From positions 32,001-96,000 of the forward strand of contig JBBQUR010000017.1 of NCBI GenBank assembly GCA_038212275.1: a DNA stretch of 64,000 nt, in the 5' to 3' direction. Origin of the DNA: Planctomycetota bacterium. GTDB lineage: Bacteria > Planctomycetota > B15-G4. The notes under the pieces were generated by a model, which saw only the letters and a program-made list of their open reading frames with translations, did no database searches and had not been told where the DNA came from. A program made the position numbers and the translations under genes. The stretch's first letter is position 1; each line of letters opens with the position of its first letter. This document shows positions 8,042 to 17,211 of this stretch, piece by piece.

Positions 8042-9694
8042 GTGGAAGCAGAGGCCTTCCTGGAGCGGCTCACGGCGGAGCGGCCATGCCGGCGATTCGC
8101 GGCGCGCAGGGAACGGCGCGTGCTGCTCGACACCTTCGACGGCCGGCTCGAGGGCAGCCGGTACACGCTGGCCGCGCAGCCCGAGGGCGACGGCACGCTG
8201 CTCAAGCTGGCGGGCACGGACGCATCGCGCGAACGCCGCGTGCTGGTCGGCGCCCCACCAGCCTTCGTGTCCGACCTTCCGCCGGCACTCGCCGACCTCC
8301 TCGCGCCGATCCTCGAAGATCGTCGCCTCTTCACCGTCGCGGAGGTCGAGAGTCGCGCGCGGCGGCTCACACTGCTCGACCGGCGTCGCGCGCCGCTTGC
8401 CCACCTGCTGGTGCTGGAGAGCGTGTCGCGCAAGCTGCCGATCCCGGGCTTCCCGTCGCCTGCGGATGGCCAGGCCGTGCTCCTGCCGGCGCTGCTCGCC
8501 GTGACTCCGGCGGCCGGCCGTGAGCGCGCGACGGCACCACTGATCCGCGGACTGGTCGAGGGGCGCCAGCTGCTGCCCACGGAGCACTCGCCGCGGGCGG
8601 TCTGGCGTCTTGCCTTCTGTGCGGCGGCCAGGGCGGGCCGCCCGGCCGGCGCCTCGACGCCCTCGGCCGAGCTGCACCATGACCTCGCGGCGGCCGAAGC
8701 GATGCGCCGCGTGCACCGCGTGCTGCTCGCCGCCATCCGTCTCAACGAGCGCGGCGTGCGACTCGACCTCGATGTCGAATTCCTGCACGAGCTGCGCGTG
8801 GCCGTCCGGCGCACCCGCTCGCTGCTCGGCCAGGTCAAGCGCGTCTTTCAGTCAGCCCATGTCGAGCACTGGCGCGAGGAGCTCTCCTGGCTCGGCCGGC
8901 TCACGGGTCCCGTGCGCGACCTCGACGTGTTCCTGGGACGGCTCGCGGATCCGTTGCTCGTGCCGCCCGAGGAGGCGGCGGCGCTCGCACCGCTCATCGA
9001 CAGGCTTCGGCAGCGCCGCCAGGCGGAACTCGGTCGCCTCCTGGCGCAGCTGGACACGCTGCGTTTCACGACATTGCTCGCGGGCTGGGAGGACTTCCTC
9101 ACGCGCGACGATCCGGCGACCGGCCGCGGCAAGCCGGCGCACCGCGCCGAGGCCCCCATCGCCTTCGTCGCTGGCCGGCGCATCGACCGCCTGCACGCGC
9201 GCTTCGTCAAACGCGGGCGCGCCCTGCGTGCCGACTCCCCGCCCGAAGATCTGCACGCCCTGCGCATCGAGGCCAAGAAGCTCCGCTACGTGCTCGACAG
9301 CACGAAGGCCGTCTTCGATCCCGTGACGGTCTTCGCGCTGCTGCCTCCGCTGAAGCTCGTGCAGGCTGCGCTGGGAGACGCGCAGGACTGCCACGTGCAG
9401 CGCGAGCTGGTGCAGCACACCGCGCTGGAGCTCGCTGCCGCCGGAATGATCTCGACCGAGACGCTCACGCTGGTGGCGAGGCTCGACGCGCGCCTCGCCG
9501 CGATGGCCGAGAGCGCCCGCATCCGCTTCGCGCAGCACCTGCCAGCGCTGCTCGCGGATGGCTTGCGGGCTGCCGTGCGCGAGATCTGGCGCGCACCCGC
9601 CGCACCGGCAACGAAGCACGGCCAGGCCGTCAGTGATCCGATGCTGCCCGTCGACCGGTCGGCATCAGCTGCCGCTCGAGTTGCCGGGCAATGA
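8042..9694 (+). CDS. CHAD domain protein (putative polyphosphate binding) with N-terminal CYTH-like region
   Basis: CHAD motifs LHELRVAVRRTRS, GPVRDLDV, LHALRIEAKKLRY, QAALGDAQD. Confidence 0.85.
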   Translation: MEAEAFLERLTAERPCRRFAARRERRVLLDTFDGRLEGSRYTLAAQPEGDGTLLKLAGTDASRERRVLVGAPPAFVSDLPPALADLLAPILEDRRLFTVAEVESRARRLTLLDRRRAPLAHLLVLESVSRKLPIPGFPSPADGQAVLLPALLAVTPAAGRERATAPLIRGLVEGRQLLPTEHSPRAVWRLAFCAAARAGRPAGASTPSAELHHDLAAAEAMRRVHRVLLAAIRLNERGVRLDLDVEFLHELRVAVRRTRSLLGQVKRVFQSAHVEHWREELSWLGRLTGPVRDLDVFLGRLADPLLVPPEEAAALAPLIDRLRQRRQAELGRLLAQLDTLRFTTLLAGWEDFLTRDDPATGRGKPAHRAEAPIAFVAGRRIDRLHARFVKRGRALRADSPPEDLHALRIEAKKLRYVLDSTKAVFDPVTVFALLPPLKLVQAALGDAQDCHVQRELVQHTALELAAAGMISTETLTLVARLDARLAAMAESARIRFAQHLPALLADGLRAAVREIWRAPAAPATKHGQAVSDPMLPVDRSASAAARVAGQ

Positions 9695-10901
9695 GCGTGG
9701 CGGCCAGCGCGTTGCCCGCCACGGACCAGTGCGTGTCGTCCGCGGAGTAGAGCGGCAGGTGCGCCTCGGCACCGCCGCCGTCCTCACTCTCGCCCCCGGA
9801 CTCGGCACGCATCGGCTGCAACAGATCGAGGCACGGAACGCCGTTCCGGGCGAGGAGCGCGTCCAGCCAGCGCTGCGGCGCGTCCCAGTCGAAGTCCGCA
9901 TCGGGGCGACCCAGCGCCGCGAGCACCGCCAGGCGCTCGCTTGAATTCACCTGGATGCGATCGGGCACGATGACGACGAGCAGTTGCGCGCCGCTGCCGA
10001 CGACCTCCGCCACGAAGGGCAGCAGCGTCTTCTCCAGCTTGGCGCACATGCCGTCGAATGCGGCGCGCTGTGAGAGGTCGCAGAGGCGCATGTCGCGCAT
10101 CTCGATATTCAGCAGCTGCGCGCGGGTGTAGAGCGGCCGTCGTGCCAGAAAAATGCGCCGGTAGTCCTCGACCTCGTAGCCACCCTGCGGCAGTTCCGCG
10201 CTCTTGTGGAACTCGGCGAAGGAGAGGGCGCCGGGAACGTGCCCCTCGCTGCCGGCCACGCGCCCGGCCCACGCGTTGCGCAGCACGGCCAGGACGTCGC
10301 TGTGGCGGCCGTAGCGCGAGAAGAAGCCGTCGTCGGGCACCCATGCCTCGTCGCGGAAATCATTGCCCACGTAGAACTCGAGCACCACGACATCCGGCCG
10401 CAACGCAGCGCCCTGCAGCTGCCACATGCGGCGCTCGAAGGACGGGCCGACCATGGGCATGCCGAGGTTGATGACTTCCACCGGCTGACGCAGGCCCTCG
10501 TGGAGCAGTTGCTGCAGCTTCGTGGTCCACAGGTCCGACCACGGCACGCCGCCGCTCGCGAACGTGAACGAATCGCCGAGCGCCACGACACGCAGCACAC
10601 CGGGTTCCCCGGCCATCTGAAACACCGGCGTGCGCAGGCCGCGCGAGTTGGTGACGAAGCCGCCGACGTCGCGGCACGGTCGGTACCCCAGGGCGGTCAT
10701 GTCGAGCAGGTCGGGAAGCGAGTCCGCCGACGCGAAGTCGTGACTGTCCTGCGGGACGACCGTCCACGAGCGCACGGACTGCGACCAGGGCGAGACCAGC
10801 CGCAACACGACTTCGAACAGGAGCAGCCCGACGACGAGCTGGAGTCCGAGCAGTCTGGCGAAGTCCACCAGCCGCCTGCGATGTCTGCGCGACTCGGCCA
10901 C
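9630..10901 (-). CDS. SGNH/GDSL hydrolase-like protein (AlgX/AlgJ-like), N-terminal membrane anchor
   Basis: VALGDSFTF, VINLGMP, FYVGNDF, DTHWSVAGN blocks. Confidence 0.8.
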   Translation of the reverse strand: MAESRRHRRRLVDFARLLGLQLVVGLLLFEVVLRLVSPWSQSVRSWTVVPQDSHDFASADSLPDLLDMTALGYRPCRDVGGFVTNSRGLRTPVFQMAGEPGVLRVVALGDSFTFASGGVPWSDLWTTKLQQLLHEGLRQPVEVINLGMPMVGPSFERRMWQLQGAALRPDVVVLEFYVGNDFRDEAWVPDDGFFSRYGRHSDVLAVLRNAWAGRVAGSEGHVPGALSFAEFHKSAELPQGGYEVEDYRRIFLARRPLYTRAQLLNIEMRDMRLCDLSQRAAFDGMCAKLEKTLLPFVAEVVGSGAQLLVVIVPDRIQVNSSERLAVLAALGRPDADFDWDAPQRWLDALLARNGVPCLDLLQPMRAESGGESEDGGGAEAHLPLYSADDTHWSVAGNALAATLIARQLERQLMPTGRRAASDH

Positions 10902-11167
10902 CCCGGCCCTCCAGCGGCGGACCGGCGCCCGTGCCTCCGATCGCCTCGGGGGCGCACGGAACGCCGGAGGCGCCTGTTCCCGCGCCAGAAGTATGCCTTC
11001 CTGGGATCGTCGTCACCGCAGCGGCCGGCGCGACACGTCGCGCCGGGAGTCATCCCGCCGCGCGACGCGCGCGCCAGCCCCTGCAATGGCCTCTGCCGCG
11101 GCTCCCGCGATCCGTGCCTCAGTGAGAGCCACTGCTGGCCATGACGCCGCAGACCGCGGAGTCGCCG

Positions 11168-13681
11168 CTACGGCAGCAAAGTCACCTGCAGCGCATTGGA
11201 GAAGCCGAGGCCCTGCGGCTGTCCGGCATCGATGAGGACGCACTGCAGAAAGAGGACCGCGGGGCCGTTGCCACCCGCGATGCCCGGGATGGAGATGTCG
11301 CCGTCCGCGTCCGTGGTCAACGGCACGATGACAGCCCACGGCTGCGGCACGAGCAGGCCGCCCTTGAGCGGTCCCGGCGCGTTCGTCGCACCCACGACGA
11401 GGAAGGCAGGTGCGAAGGCCGGCCCGCCCGTCAGCTGGAGAGCCGCGCTGCCGCCGGTAGACAGGTCGTCGCCACACAGGGACAGCGTCGAGGAGCCGGG
11501 GCCGCCGAAGCCGAGGTCCGGCTGGCACACGACGGTCGAGGTTCGCGGGAGATCGCGCGCGAGGATGGTGATCGTCGCCGTGTCCACCGCATGCATGCCG
11601 CTGCTGTCCTCGGCGGACACCTGCAGGACATGCGTGCCCACGCTGAGATCGGCCACCGAAGTGAGCCGTCCCGATCCGAGCGAGCCGTCCAGACTGGAAG
11701 ACCATTGCAGGCTCTGTCCCTCCAGAGCGTGATCCTCGAGATCCCAGCCCGAGCTGTGCAGGATCACCGTGGCGCCTTGCCGGAAGACGCTGCCATCGTC
11801 GGGAGTGACGATCTGCACCCATGGTGCGTTGCCGCCGCCGAGCTGCGCCGACGAGAGATTGAGCGGCTGCGTACGCGTGACGGTCGTGTTGAGGCCGTCG
11901 CTGGCGAGCAGCTCGAAGAAGGCCTTGCCGGCGACGGGCGCGGGCAGCGCGTTCAGATCGACGTCCACGCTGGTGAGGTCGAGGCCCGAAGCGAGCGGCA
12001 CGAAGCGCTTGCCGCCGTCGGGGCTGTAGCGCAGATAGCAGTGAAGTGCGTCACCGTCCGCGTCCGAACCGGTCCACGAAACGACGAGCTTGCCCGCGTT
12101 CACGACTCCGTTGATGGGTGACGTGAAGCCGACGTGCGGAGCCCAGGACGTGCGCTGCCGTTCGAGCGGCAGCGCATGGGCCCCGCCCGCTGCGGCAACG
12201 ACGACTCGATCGATCGAATCGACGCCCTCGGCATTCAGCGGCAGGATCGCCGTGAAGGGCACGACGGGATCGGCCGGGCCCGCGGAGTCCGCATCGCCGC
12301 CACCGCACTCGGGGCACTCGTCCGCGGAGCTTCGCGCCAGCAGCGGAAGTTCGGTGACCAGCGTGGATCCGGCGAAGGCACGCACCACGAGATTCGCCTC
12401 GTGCGGCGAGGCAGGCACCGATGCCACGGCTGCGGGCAGGGTCAGCATGTCGGTCAGCCGGATTTCGCCCGACTGCCTGTTCCACAGGCCCGCGAGCAGC
12501 AGTCCAGGCGGCGCGTTCGTCGATGCCGCGGTCAGTGCGGGCGCATCGAACAGCGGGAGATTGCAGAAGTAGTTGAAGGTGCTCGGCGCGACCCAGGCCT
12601 CCTGCGTGAGGAGCCCGGCGAACATGATGTCCTTCAGCGTGGCCGCCTTGATCTGCGGCAGGTTCTGCGTGAGGTGGAGGTGGTGCTCCACATCCACGCC
12701 GATGACGCCGGTCGTCAGGCTGTTGTGCTGCAGGCCCACGTTGTGACCAAGCTCATGAGCGAGCGTCCGCTGGTAGCGGATGAGTTCCGTGTTCCCCATC
12801 GACACGTTGCCGTTGATGTAGGACTGGCCGTTGTAGGACAGGCCGCCCGGCACGAAGCCGTAGAGGAAGTCGGGCTTGGGCTGCATGAGGTTGATGTCCA
12901 CCTGCAGCGCATTGAGCAGGTCGACGCCGGTGCCCGCGAGCGACGATGTCCACAACTTGCTGGGGGCGTCGGTCCGGTGGTAGCGCCAGTCGGGCGCCGG
13001 GTAGATGCCCTGCACGAAATTGTCACCCATGCCGGGCTCGATCCGCGCTGCATCCGGAAGATTGGGAATGCTGCCGCCACCCGGCCTGTAGTCGATCGGC
13101 ACGTAGGCCAGCTCGGGCGCGCGGAAGTACGCGAACGAGAGCGGGACGCTCGAGAAGGTATTGTTGGATGTGTTCGCCTCGGCCACGAAATTGGGACCGG
13201 CCGGATTCACTTCTGCGGTGAGCACGACCTGGGCGGATTCGGGAGCCAGGAAAATGAAATTCAGCGAGCCGTCTTCGACGGTGAAATCGATGGGAAGCTT
13301 TGCCGGGAAAGGCCCGTTGTCGGAGTAGATGGGCGAGTCGGCCGCCTCGACGCCGTTCACGTAGATGCGCAGCAGGCCATCCACGAGGGGAGTCGCGGGC
13401 AGCGGGTTGGTGACGCGTACGGAAACTCGAGCAAAGGTCGTGCGCCCGGCGACCAGCGGCGTGGTGCCTGTCTGCACGGCCTGATTCACCTCGATCTTGG
13501 AGATTGAGTAGTCGAGAACCTGAGCCGCCACCGCGGGGACGGCCACCGCGAGCACGAGACCGCCTCGCGCGAGGCTCTTCAGGATGCCGGCAGAACGCGA
13601 GGGATCACGGGAACAAGCTTGATTTCGAGACAAGGGAGAACTCCATGGTGCCACGACGTACGCCGACGAAAGCAGGCGCAT
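11168..13681 (-). CDS. Large secreted protein with metzincin-type zinc motif and shared C-terminal PLKGG domain
   Basis: IEVNQAVQ N-terminal domain; HELGHNVGLQH (HExxHxxGxxH); Ig/PKD-like segments (WSSSLDG.LG.G); C-terminus PLKGGLLVP...SNALQVTLLP. Start codon uncertain. Confidence 0.75.
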   Translation of the reverse strand: MRLLSSAYVVAPWSSPLSRNQACSRDPSRSAGILKSLARGGLVLAVAVPAVAAQVLDYSISKIEVNQAVQTGTTPLVAGRTTFARVSVRVTNPLPATPLVDGLLRIYVNGVEAADSPIYSDNGPFPAKLPIDFTVEDGSLNFIFLAPESAQVVLTAEVNPAGPNFVAEANTSNNTFSSVPLSFAYFRAPELAYVPIDYRPGGGSIPNLPDAARIEPGMGDNFVQGIYPAPDWRYHRTDAPSKLWTSSLAGTGVDLLNALQVDINLMQPKPDFLYGFVPGGLSYNGQSYINGNVSMGNTELIRYQRTLAHELGHNVGLQHNSLTTGVIGVDVEHHLHLTQNLPQIKAATLKDIMFAGLLTQEAWVAPSTFNYFCNLPLFDAPALTAASTNAPPGLLLAGLWNRQSGEIRLTDMLTLPAAVASVPASPHEANLVVRAFAGSTLVTELPLLARSSADECPECGGGDADSAGPADPVVPFTAILPLNAEGVDSIDRVVVAAAGGAHALPLERQRTSWAPHVGFTSPINGVVNAGKLVVSWTGSDADGDALHCYLRYSPDGGKRFVPLASGLDLTSVDVDLNALPAPVAGKAFFELLASDGLNTTVTRTQPLNLSSAQLGGGNAPWVQIVTPDDGSVFRQGATVILHSSGWDLEDHALEGQSLQWSSSLDGSLGSGRLTSVADLSVGTHVLQVSAEDSSGMHAVDTATITILARDLPRTSTVVCQPDLGFGGPGSSTLSLCGDDLSTGGSAALQLTGGPAFAPAFLVVGATNAPGPLKGGLLVPQPWAVIVPLTTDADGDISIPGIAGGNGPAVLFLQCVLIDAGQPQGLGFSNALQVTLLP

Positions 13682-13939
13682 GGCGTGCTCGGGGGAACAC
13701 GCGGCCGGGATGCTACCTCAGGCTCCCGGAAGCAGACAGTCGCAGAATCGTCATGCCTTCCATGCACGGGGTCCGATTCACACAGCCCTCGATGTCACGC
13801 ACGGGCCTGTGGGAACGCTTTCCGGAGAGCGAACGAGGCGATTCATGCAGAGTCCGCAGCCGATCTCACAATCTCCTTGTTGATTTGGCACGGCCCCTGG
13901 TTTCTAATGCACCCTCCCCCCCATTGAGTGAGGTCTCTC

Positions 13940-14413
13940 ATGGCTCTCAAATCCATGTCCACGCGTGAGCTCCGTCGCGAATTGGAGCGTCGCGAGGCGG
14001 GCGCCAGCAAGTTGAAGGCGCAGCACGCGGACCTCGCCAAGCGGCTGGCAGCGGTCGAGTCCGAACTCGCCGACCTCGGCGTGGAGAGCGTCCCGGCTCG
14101 CAAGGGCCGCAAGCCCGGCCGTCCGGCGGGCGCAGGCAAGGCCAAGGGCAAGGCCGGTCGTCCCAAGGGAAGCAGGAACAAGGCAAAGGGCAAGGGAAGC
14201 AAGCGCGCGAAGAACGAGATGACGCTTCCCGAGGCCATCATCTCCGGCGTGAAGGTCGGCGCCACCGTCTCGCCCGCGGAGGCTGCCGTGACCGCCAGGA
14301 AGGCCGGATACAGGAGTTCGAGCTCCAACTTCGGCATGATCGTCGCCAATGCGCTGGCCAAGGACAGCCGCTTCAAGAAGCTGGGACGCGGCCAGTACCA
14401 GCGCTCGAAGTGA
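13940..14413 (+). CDS. Basic putative nucleoid-associated/DNA-binding protein, paralog 1 (coiled coil + AT-hook-like linker + wHTH-like C-terminus)
   Basis: MSTRELRRELERR heptads; GRKPGRP and GRPKGSRNK; C-terminus NEMTLPEAI...SPAEAA...GYRSSSSNF...ALAKDSRFKKLGRGQY; GAGG RBS. Confidence 0.75.
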   Translation: MALKSMSTRELRRELERREAGASKLKAQHADLAKRLAAVESELADLGVESVPARKGRKPGRPAGAGKAKGKAGRPKGSRNKAKGKGSKRAKNEMTLPEAIISGVKVGATVSPAEAAVTARKAGYRSSSSNFGMIVANALAKDSRFKKLGRGQYQRSK

Positions 14414-14619
14414 CCGATACTCAGGCTGACATGCGCATCGACCGGGACTTCCTGCGGGAGATTGATCCGCGCAAGAGTTACGACCGCGGCCCGATGTCAC
14501 TTCCCGCCGCAGGGCCTCCCGTGACAGTTGCTGTTCCGAACTCCGAGCATGTGTCGGGTTCCGACGCATCCCGGATCAGCGGACACCTTCCGTCCATCAC
14601 CACCTGGACCCGCCGCGAG

Positions 14620-15069
14620 ATGAGTGATTCCGTACAAGACCTTTCCTCGATGTCTCTCGATGACCTCCGTCGTGAATTGAGGCGGCGCGAGGACGCCGTG
14701 TCGCGCCTGCAGGAAAAGCGCGCCAGGGTGGCTGCCGAGCTCGCCATGGTCGAGGCCGAGCTCCGCAAGTGCGGCGGCGAGGCAGCTCTCTCCGGCGGCG
14801 AGCCGGGGGATGAGAAGGCTCCGTCGGTTCCGCGAGGTCCGTCGCGCTCCGGCACGCCTCGACCCAGGAACACGCTCAACCTCGCGGATGCGCTCACGGC
14901 TGCGGTTGACGCGGGCATGGTGGTCTCACCCACCGAAGCAGCCGACCTGGTCCGGAAGAGCGGTTATCTCACCAACTCGAAGACATTTACCCAGACCGTC
15001 ACCGTGGCGCTGTCCAATCACTCGGGCTTCCGGCGCGTGGAGCGCGGTCGCTACGAGTGCATCCGCTGA
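14620..15069 (+). CDS. Putative DNA-binding protein, paralog 2
   Basis: MSLDDLRRELRRR; RNTLNLADAL...SPTEAA...GYLTNSKTF...ALSNHSGFRRVERGRY. A longer upstream start (14410) is possible. Confidence 0.7.
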   Translation: MSDSVQDLSSMSLDDLRRELRRREDAVSRLQEKRARVAAELAMVEAELRKCGGEAALSGGEPGDEKAPSVPRGPSRSGTPRPRNTLNLADALTAAVDAGMVVSPTEAADLVRKSGYLTNSKTFTQTVTVALSNHSGFRRVERGRYECIR

Positions 15070-15121
15070 GCACGTCTCGGCCGACATCCACCATGTCCGA
15101 CTCCCGGGCCCGGAACTGAAC

Positions 15122-15937
15122 ATGTCCGCGACCACGTCCGCGCCGTTCGCCGACCCTGAGGGCCATGCAAGCGAGTTGCCGGTCGTGTCGCCGGTCGGCG
15201 CGCCGGTCGCCAACGCGGCTTCCGATACGGCGGCTGCGCCCGTCGCGACAGCGCCCTCCGCGCCTGCCGCCGAGACGCAGACCGCCCGGCCTGAAGCCGC
15301 AAAGCCGCTGCCGCGCCGCGAGCCGCGCGACGTCGGCACATCCCGGAGCCGGCGCCCGGATGCAGTGCCAGCCGTGATGTCGCTGCCGCCGCTCGAGTCG
15401 GGCTTTCCGTGGGAGCGCTCGCCACTCGCGGGCATCTCGAGCACGAAAATCCTGGCTGAGCTGCAGCGCCGACGGGAGCGATCTGCGCAACTCCTCGCGG
15501 AACGCGATCGCATCCTCGAACTCATGGACGCCATCGAGGAACGCCTGACGATGATCGGGCACGATGGCGCAAAGTTCGCCACCACCGAACGACCACGGCC
15601 GGCCCCAACCGGTCGCCGAGGTCAGCCCGGCAAAGCCGGCAAGCCCGGCCAGCTCGGCAAGCCCGGCAAAGCCGACAAGTCCGGCAAGCCTGGTCGCCGA
15701 GGCCAGCCCGGTCAGCGCAAGACTTCCAAGGCCCGGAACACCGTCAGCCTGCGTGAGGCCATCGCGCTGGCCGTCGAGCCGCGCGCCCTGGTCACGCCTG
15801 CAGAGGCCGCCGAACTCCTGAAGCGCAACGGCTACCGCTCCACGGCGGCCAATTTCGCGACGCTCGTCGGCAATGCGCTCGCCAGGGACGAGCGCTTCCG
15901 CAGGCTCGGCCGCGGATCCTACGAACGGATCGGCTGA
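15122..15937 (+). CDS. Putative DNA-binding protein, paralog 3, with Ala/Pro-rich N-terminus and Gly-X-Y linker
   Basis: ISSTKILAELQRRR; GQPGKAGKPGQLGKPG; RNTVSLREAI...TPAEAA...GYRSTAANF...ALARDERFRRLGRGSY. Confidence 0.7.
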   Translation: MSATTSAPFADPEGHASELPVVSPVGAPVANAASDTAAAPVATAPSAPAAETQTARPEAAKPLPRREPRDVGTSRSRRPDAVPAVMSLPPLESGFPWERSPLAGISSTKILAELQRRRERSAQLLAERDRILELMDAIEERLTMIGHDGAKFATTERPRPAPTGRRGQPGKAGKPGQLGKPGKADKSGKPGRRGQPGQRKTSKARNTVSLREAIALAVEPRALVTPAEAAELLKRNGYRSTAANFATLVGNALARDERFRRLGRGSYERIG

Positions 15938-15992
15938 CTCCTTCGCATCGCTCCGGCGCCGGTCGTGCCCGGCCCCATCCCGGACGGTACTC

Positions 15993-16721
15993 ATGAGCCT
16001 GGCCTACGAGGAACTCGACTTCGCGCAGACCCGTTTCGGCGAGTTGATCCTGCGGCGACGGCGCGCCCTGTCCGTGCAGGGAGTGGACATCTACGAGGTC
16101 AAGCTCGACGGTCAGTTCCTGATGTCCAGCCTCGTGAACGGCTCCGAGATCGCGCTGGCGGAACTCGGACTGGCGGAGGCGGGCAGCGGGGCACTGGACG
16201 TCGTGGTGGGCGGACTCGGATTGGGTTGCACGGCCGCGGCCGCGCTGGACCATGCCGCCGTCCGTTCGCTGATCGTCGTCGAATACCTTCCCGAGGTCAT
16301 CTCGTGGCACCGGCGCCACCTCGTTCCGCTGGGCTCCCGCCTCACGGGTGACTCGCGCTGCCGCCTGAGCCAGGGCGACTTCTTCGCGCTGGCTGCTTCC
16401 TCCGGCGGCGGCTTCGATGCCGAGGCGCCGGGCCGCCGCTTTCATGCGGTGCTGCTCGACATCGACCACTCGCCGCGCGGCCTGCTGCACGCGAGCCACG
16501 CCGGTTTCTATGGACCCGACGGCCTCGCTGCGCTCGCGGATCGCCTGCACCCCGGAGGCGTGTTCGCGCTCTGGTCGGCGGAGCCGCCTGACGAGGCCTT
16601 CACCCGACGCCTCGGCGAGGTGTTCGCCTCGGCGCGCGCCGAAGCGATCAGCGTCTTCAATCCGCTGCTCGACGAGGACGAGGTGAACACCATCTACCTC
16701 GCCGTGACGGCCACGCACTGA
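15993..16721 (+). CDS. Spermidine synthase-like class I SAM-dependent methyltransferase
   Basis: GELILRRR, FLMSS, VVGGLGLG, VVEYLPEV, AVLLDIDHSP, GGVFALWS. Confidence 0.82.
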   Translation: MSLAYEELDFAQTRFGELILRRRRALSVQGVDIYEVKLDGQFLMSSLVNGSEIALAELGLAEAGSGALDVVVGGLGLGCTAAAALDHAAVRSLIVVEYLPEVISWHRRHLVPLGSRLTGDSRCRLSQGDFFALAASSGGGFDAEAPGRRFHAVLLDIDHSPRGLLHASHAGFYGPDGLAALADRLHPGGVFALWSAEPPDEAFTRRLGEVFASARAEAISVFNPLLDEDEVNTIYLAVTATH

Positions 16722-16757
16722 GTCGCCTCGGGGGCGACGGCGCCGCACAGCGCCCGC

Positions 16758-17198
16758 TCAGTCGGCCGATTCGACGAGGCGCTTGAGTCGTTCGAGGTTG
16801 CCCGCCACCTGCTGCTGATTGGCGACGCGAATCATGGGCGCCATGAGCCGCAGCGTGAAGCTCTTCAGGTCGATGGACACGACGTGCGAGACGCGCGTGC
16901 CGTCGGGCAACGCGTCGAAGCGCAGCGCTACCGCCACGCCGAACATCTCGTCCGCGAACTCCATGCGCAGCTCGCGGCCAGGCGCCCATGCCGTGACACG
17001 GCCGGTCATGCGCACTTCGTGACCTCCCTGCTGGTGCACGTAGTGCAGCAGCGCCCCGTGCCCCCATCCCTCCGGCGACGCGAGCGACAGCGCCACGCAG
17101 CCCTGCAACCACTCCGGCGCGCGACTCACGTCGCACACGCATGCGAAGAGGACCGCGGCGGGGCGTCGGATGTCCAGACTGGCTTCGGCTTCGATCAT
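16758..17198 (-). CDS. SRPBCC (polyketide cyclase/dehydrase) family protein
   Basis: IRRPAAVLFACVCD..APEW and C-terminal NLERLKRLVES helix. Confidence 0.78.
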   Translation of the reverse strand: MIEAEASLDIRRPAAVLFACVCDVSRAPEWLQGCVALSLASPEGWGHGALLHYVHQQGGHEVRMTGRVTAWAPGRELRMEFADEMFGVAVALRFDALPDGTRVSHVVSIDLKSFTLRLMAPMIRVANQQQVAGNLERLKRLVESAD

Positions 17199-17211
17199 GT
17201 TGCGCCGGCGC

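Noticed and set aside
9630..9694. 65-nt convergent 3' overlap of the CHAD and SGNH genes
   Set aside because: Low-complexity tails overlapping in high-GC DNA are common; no evidence of function.
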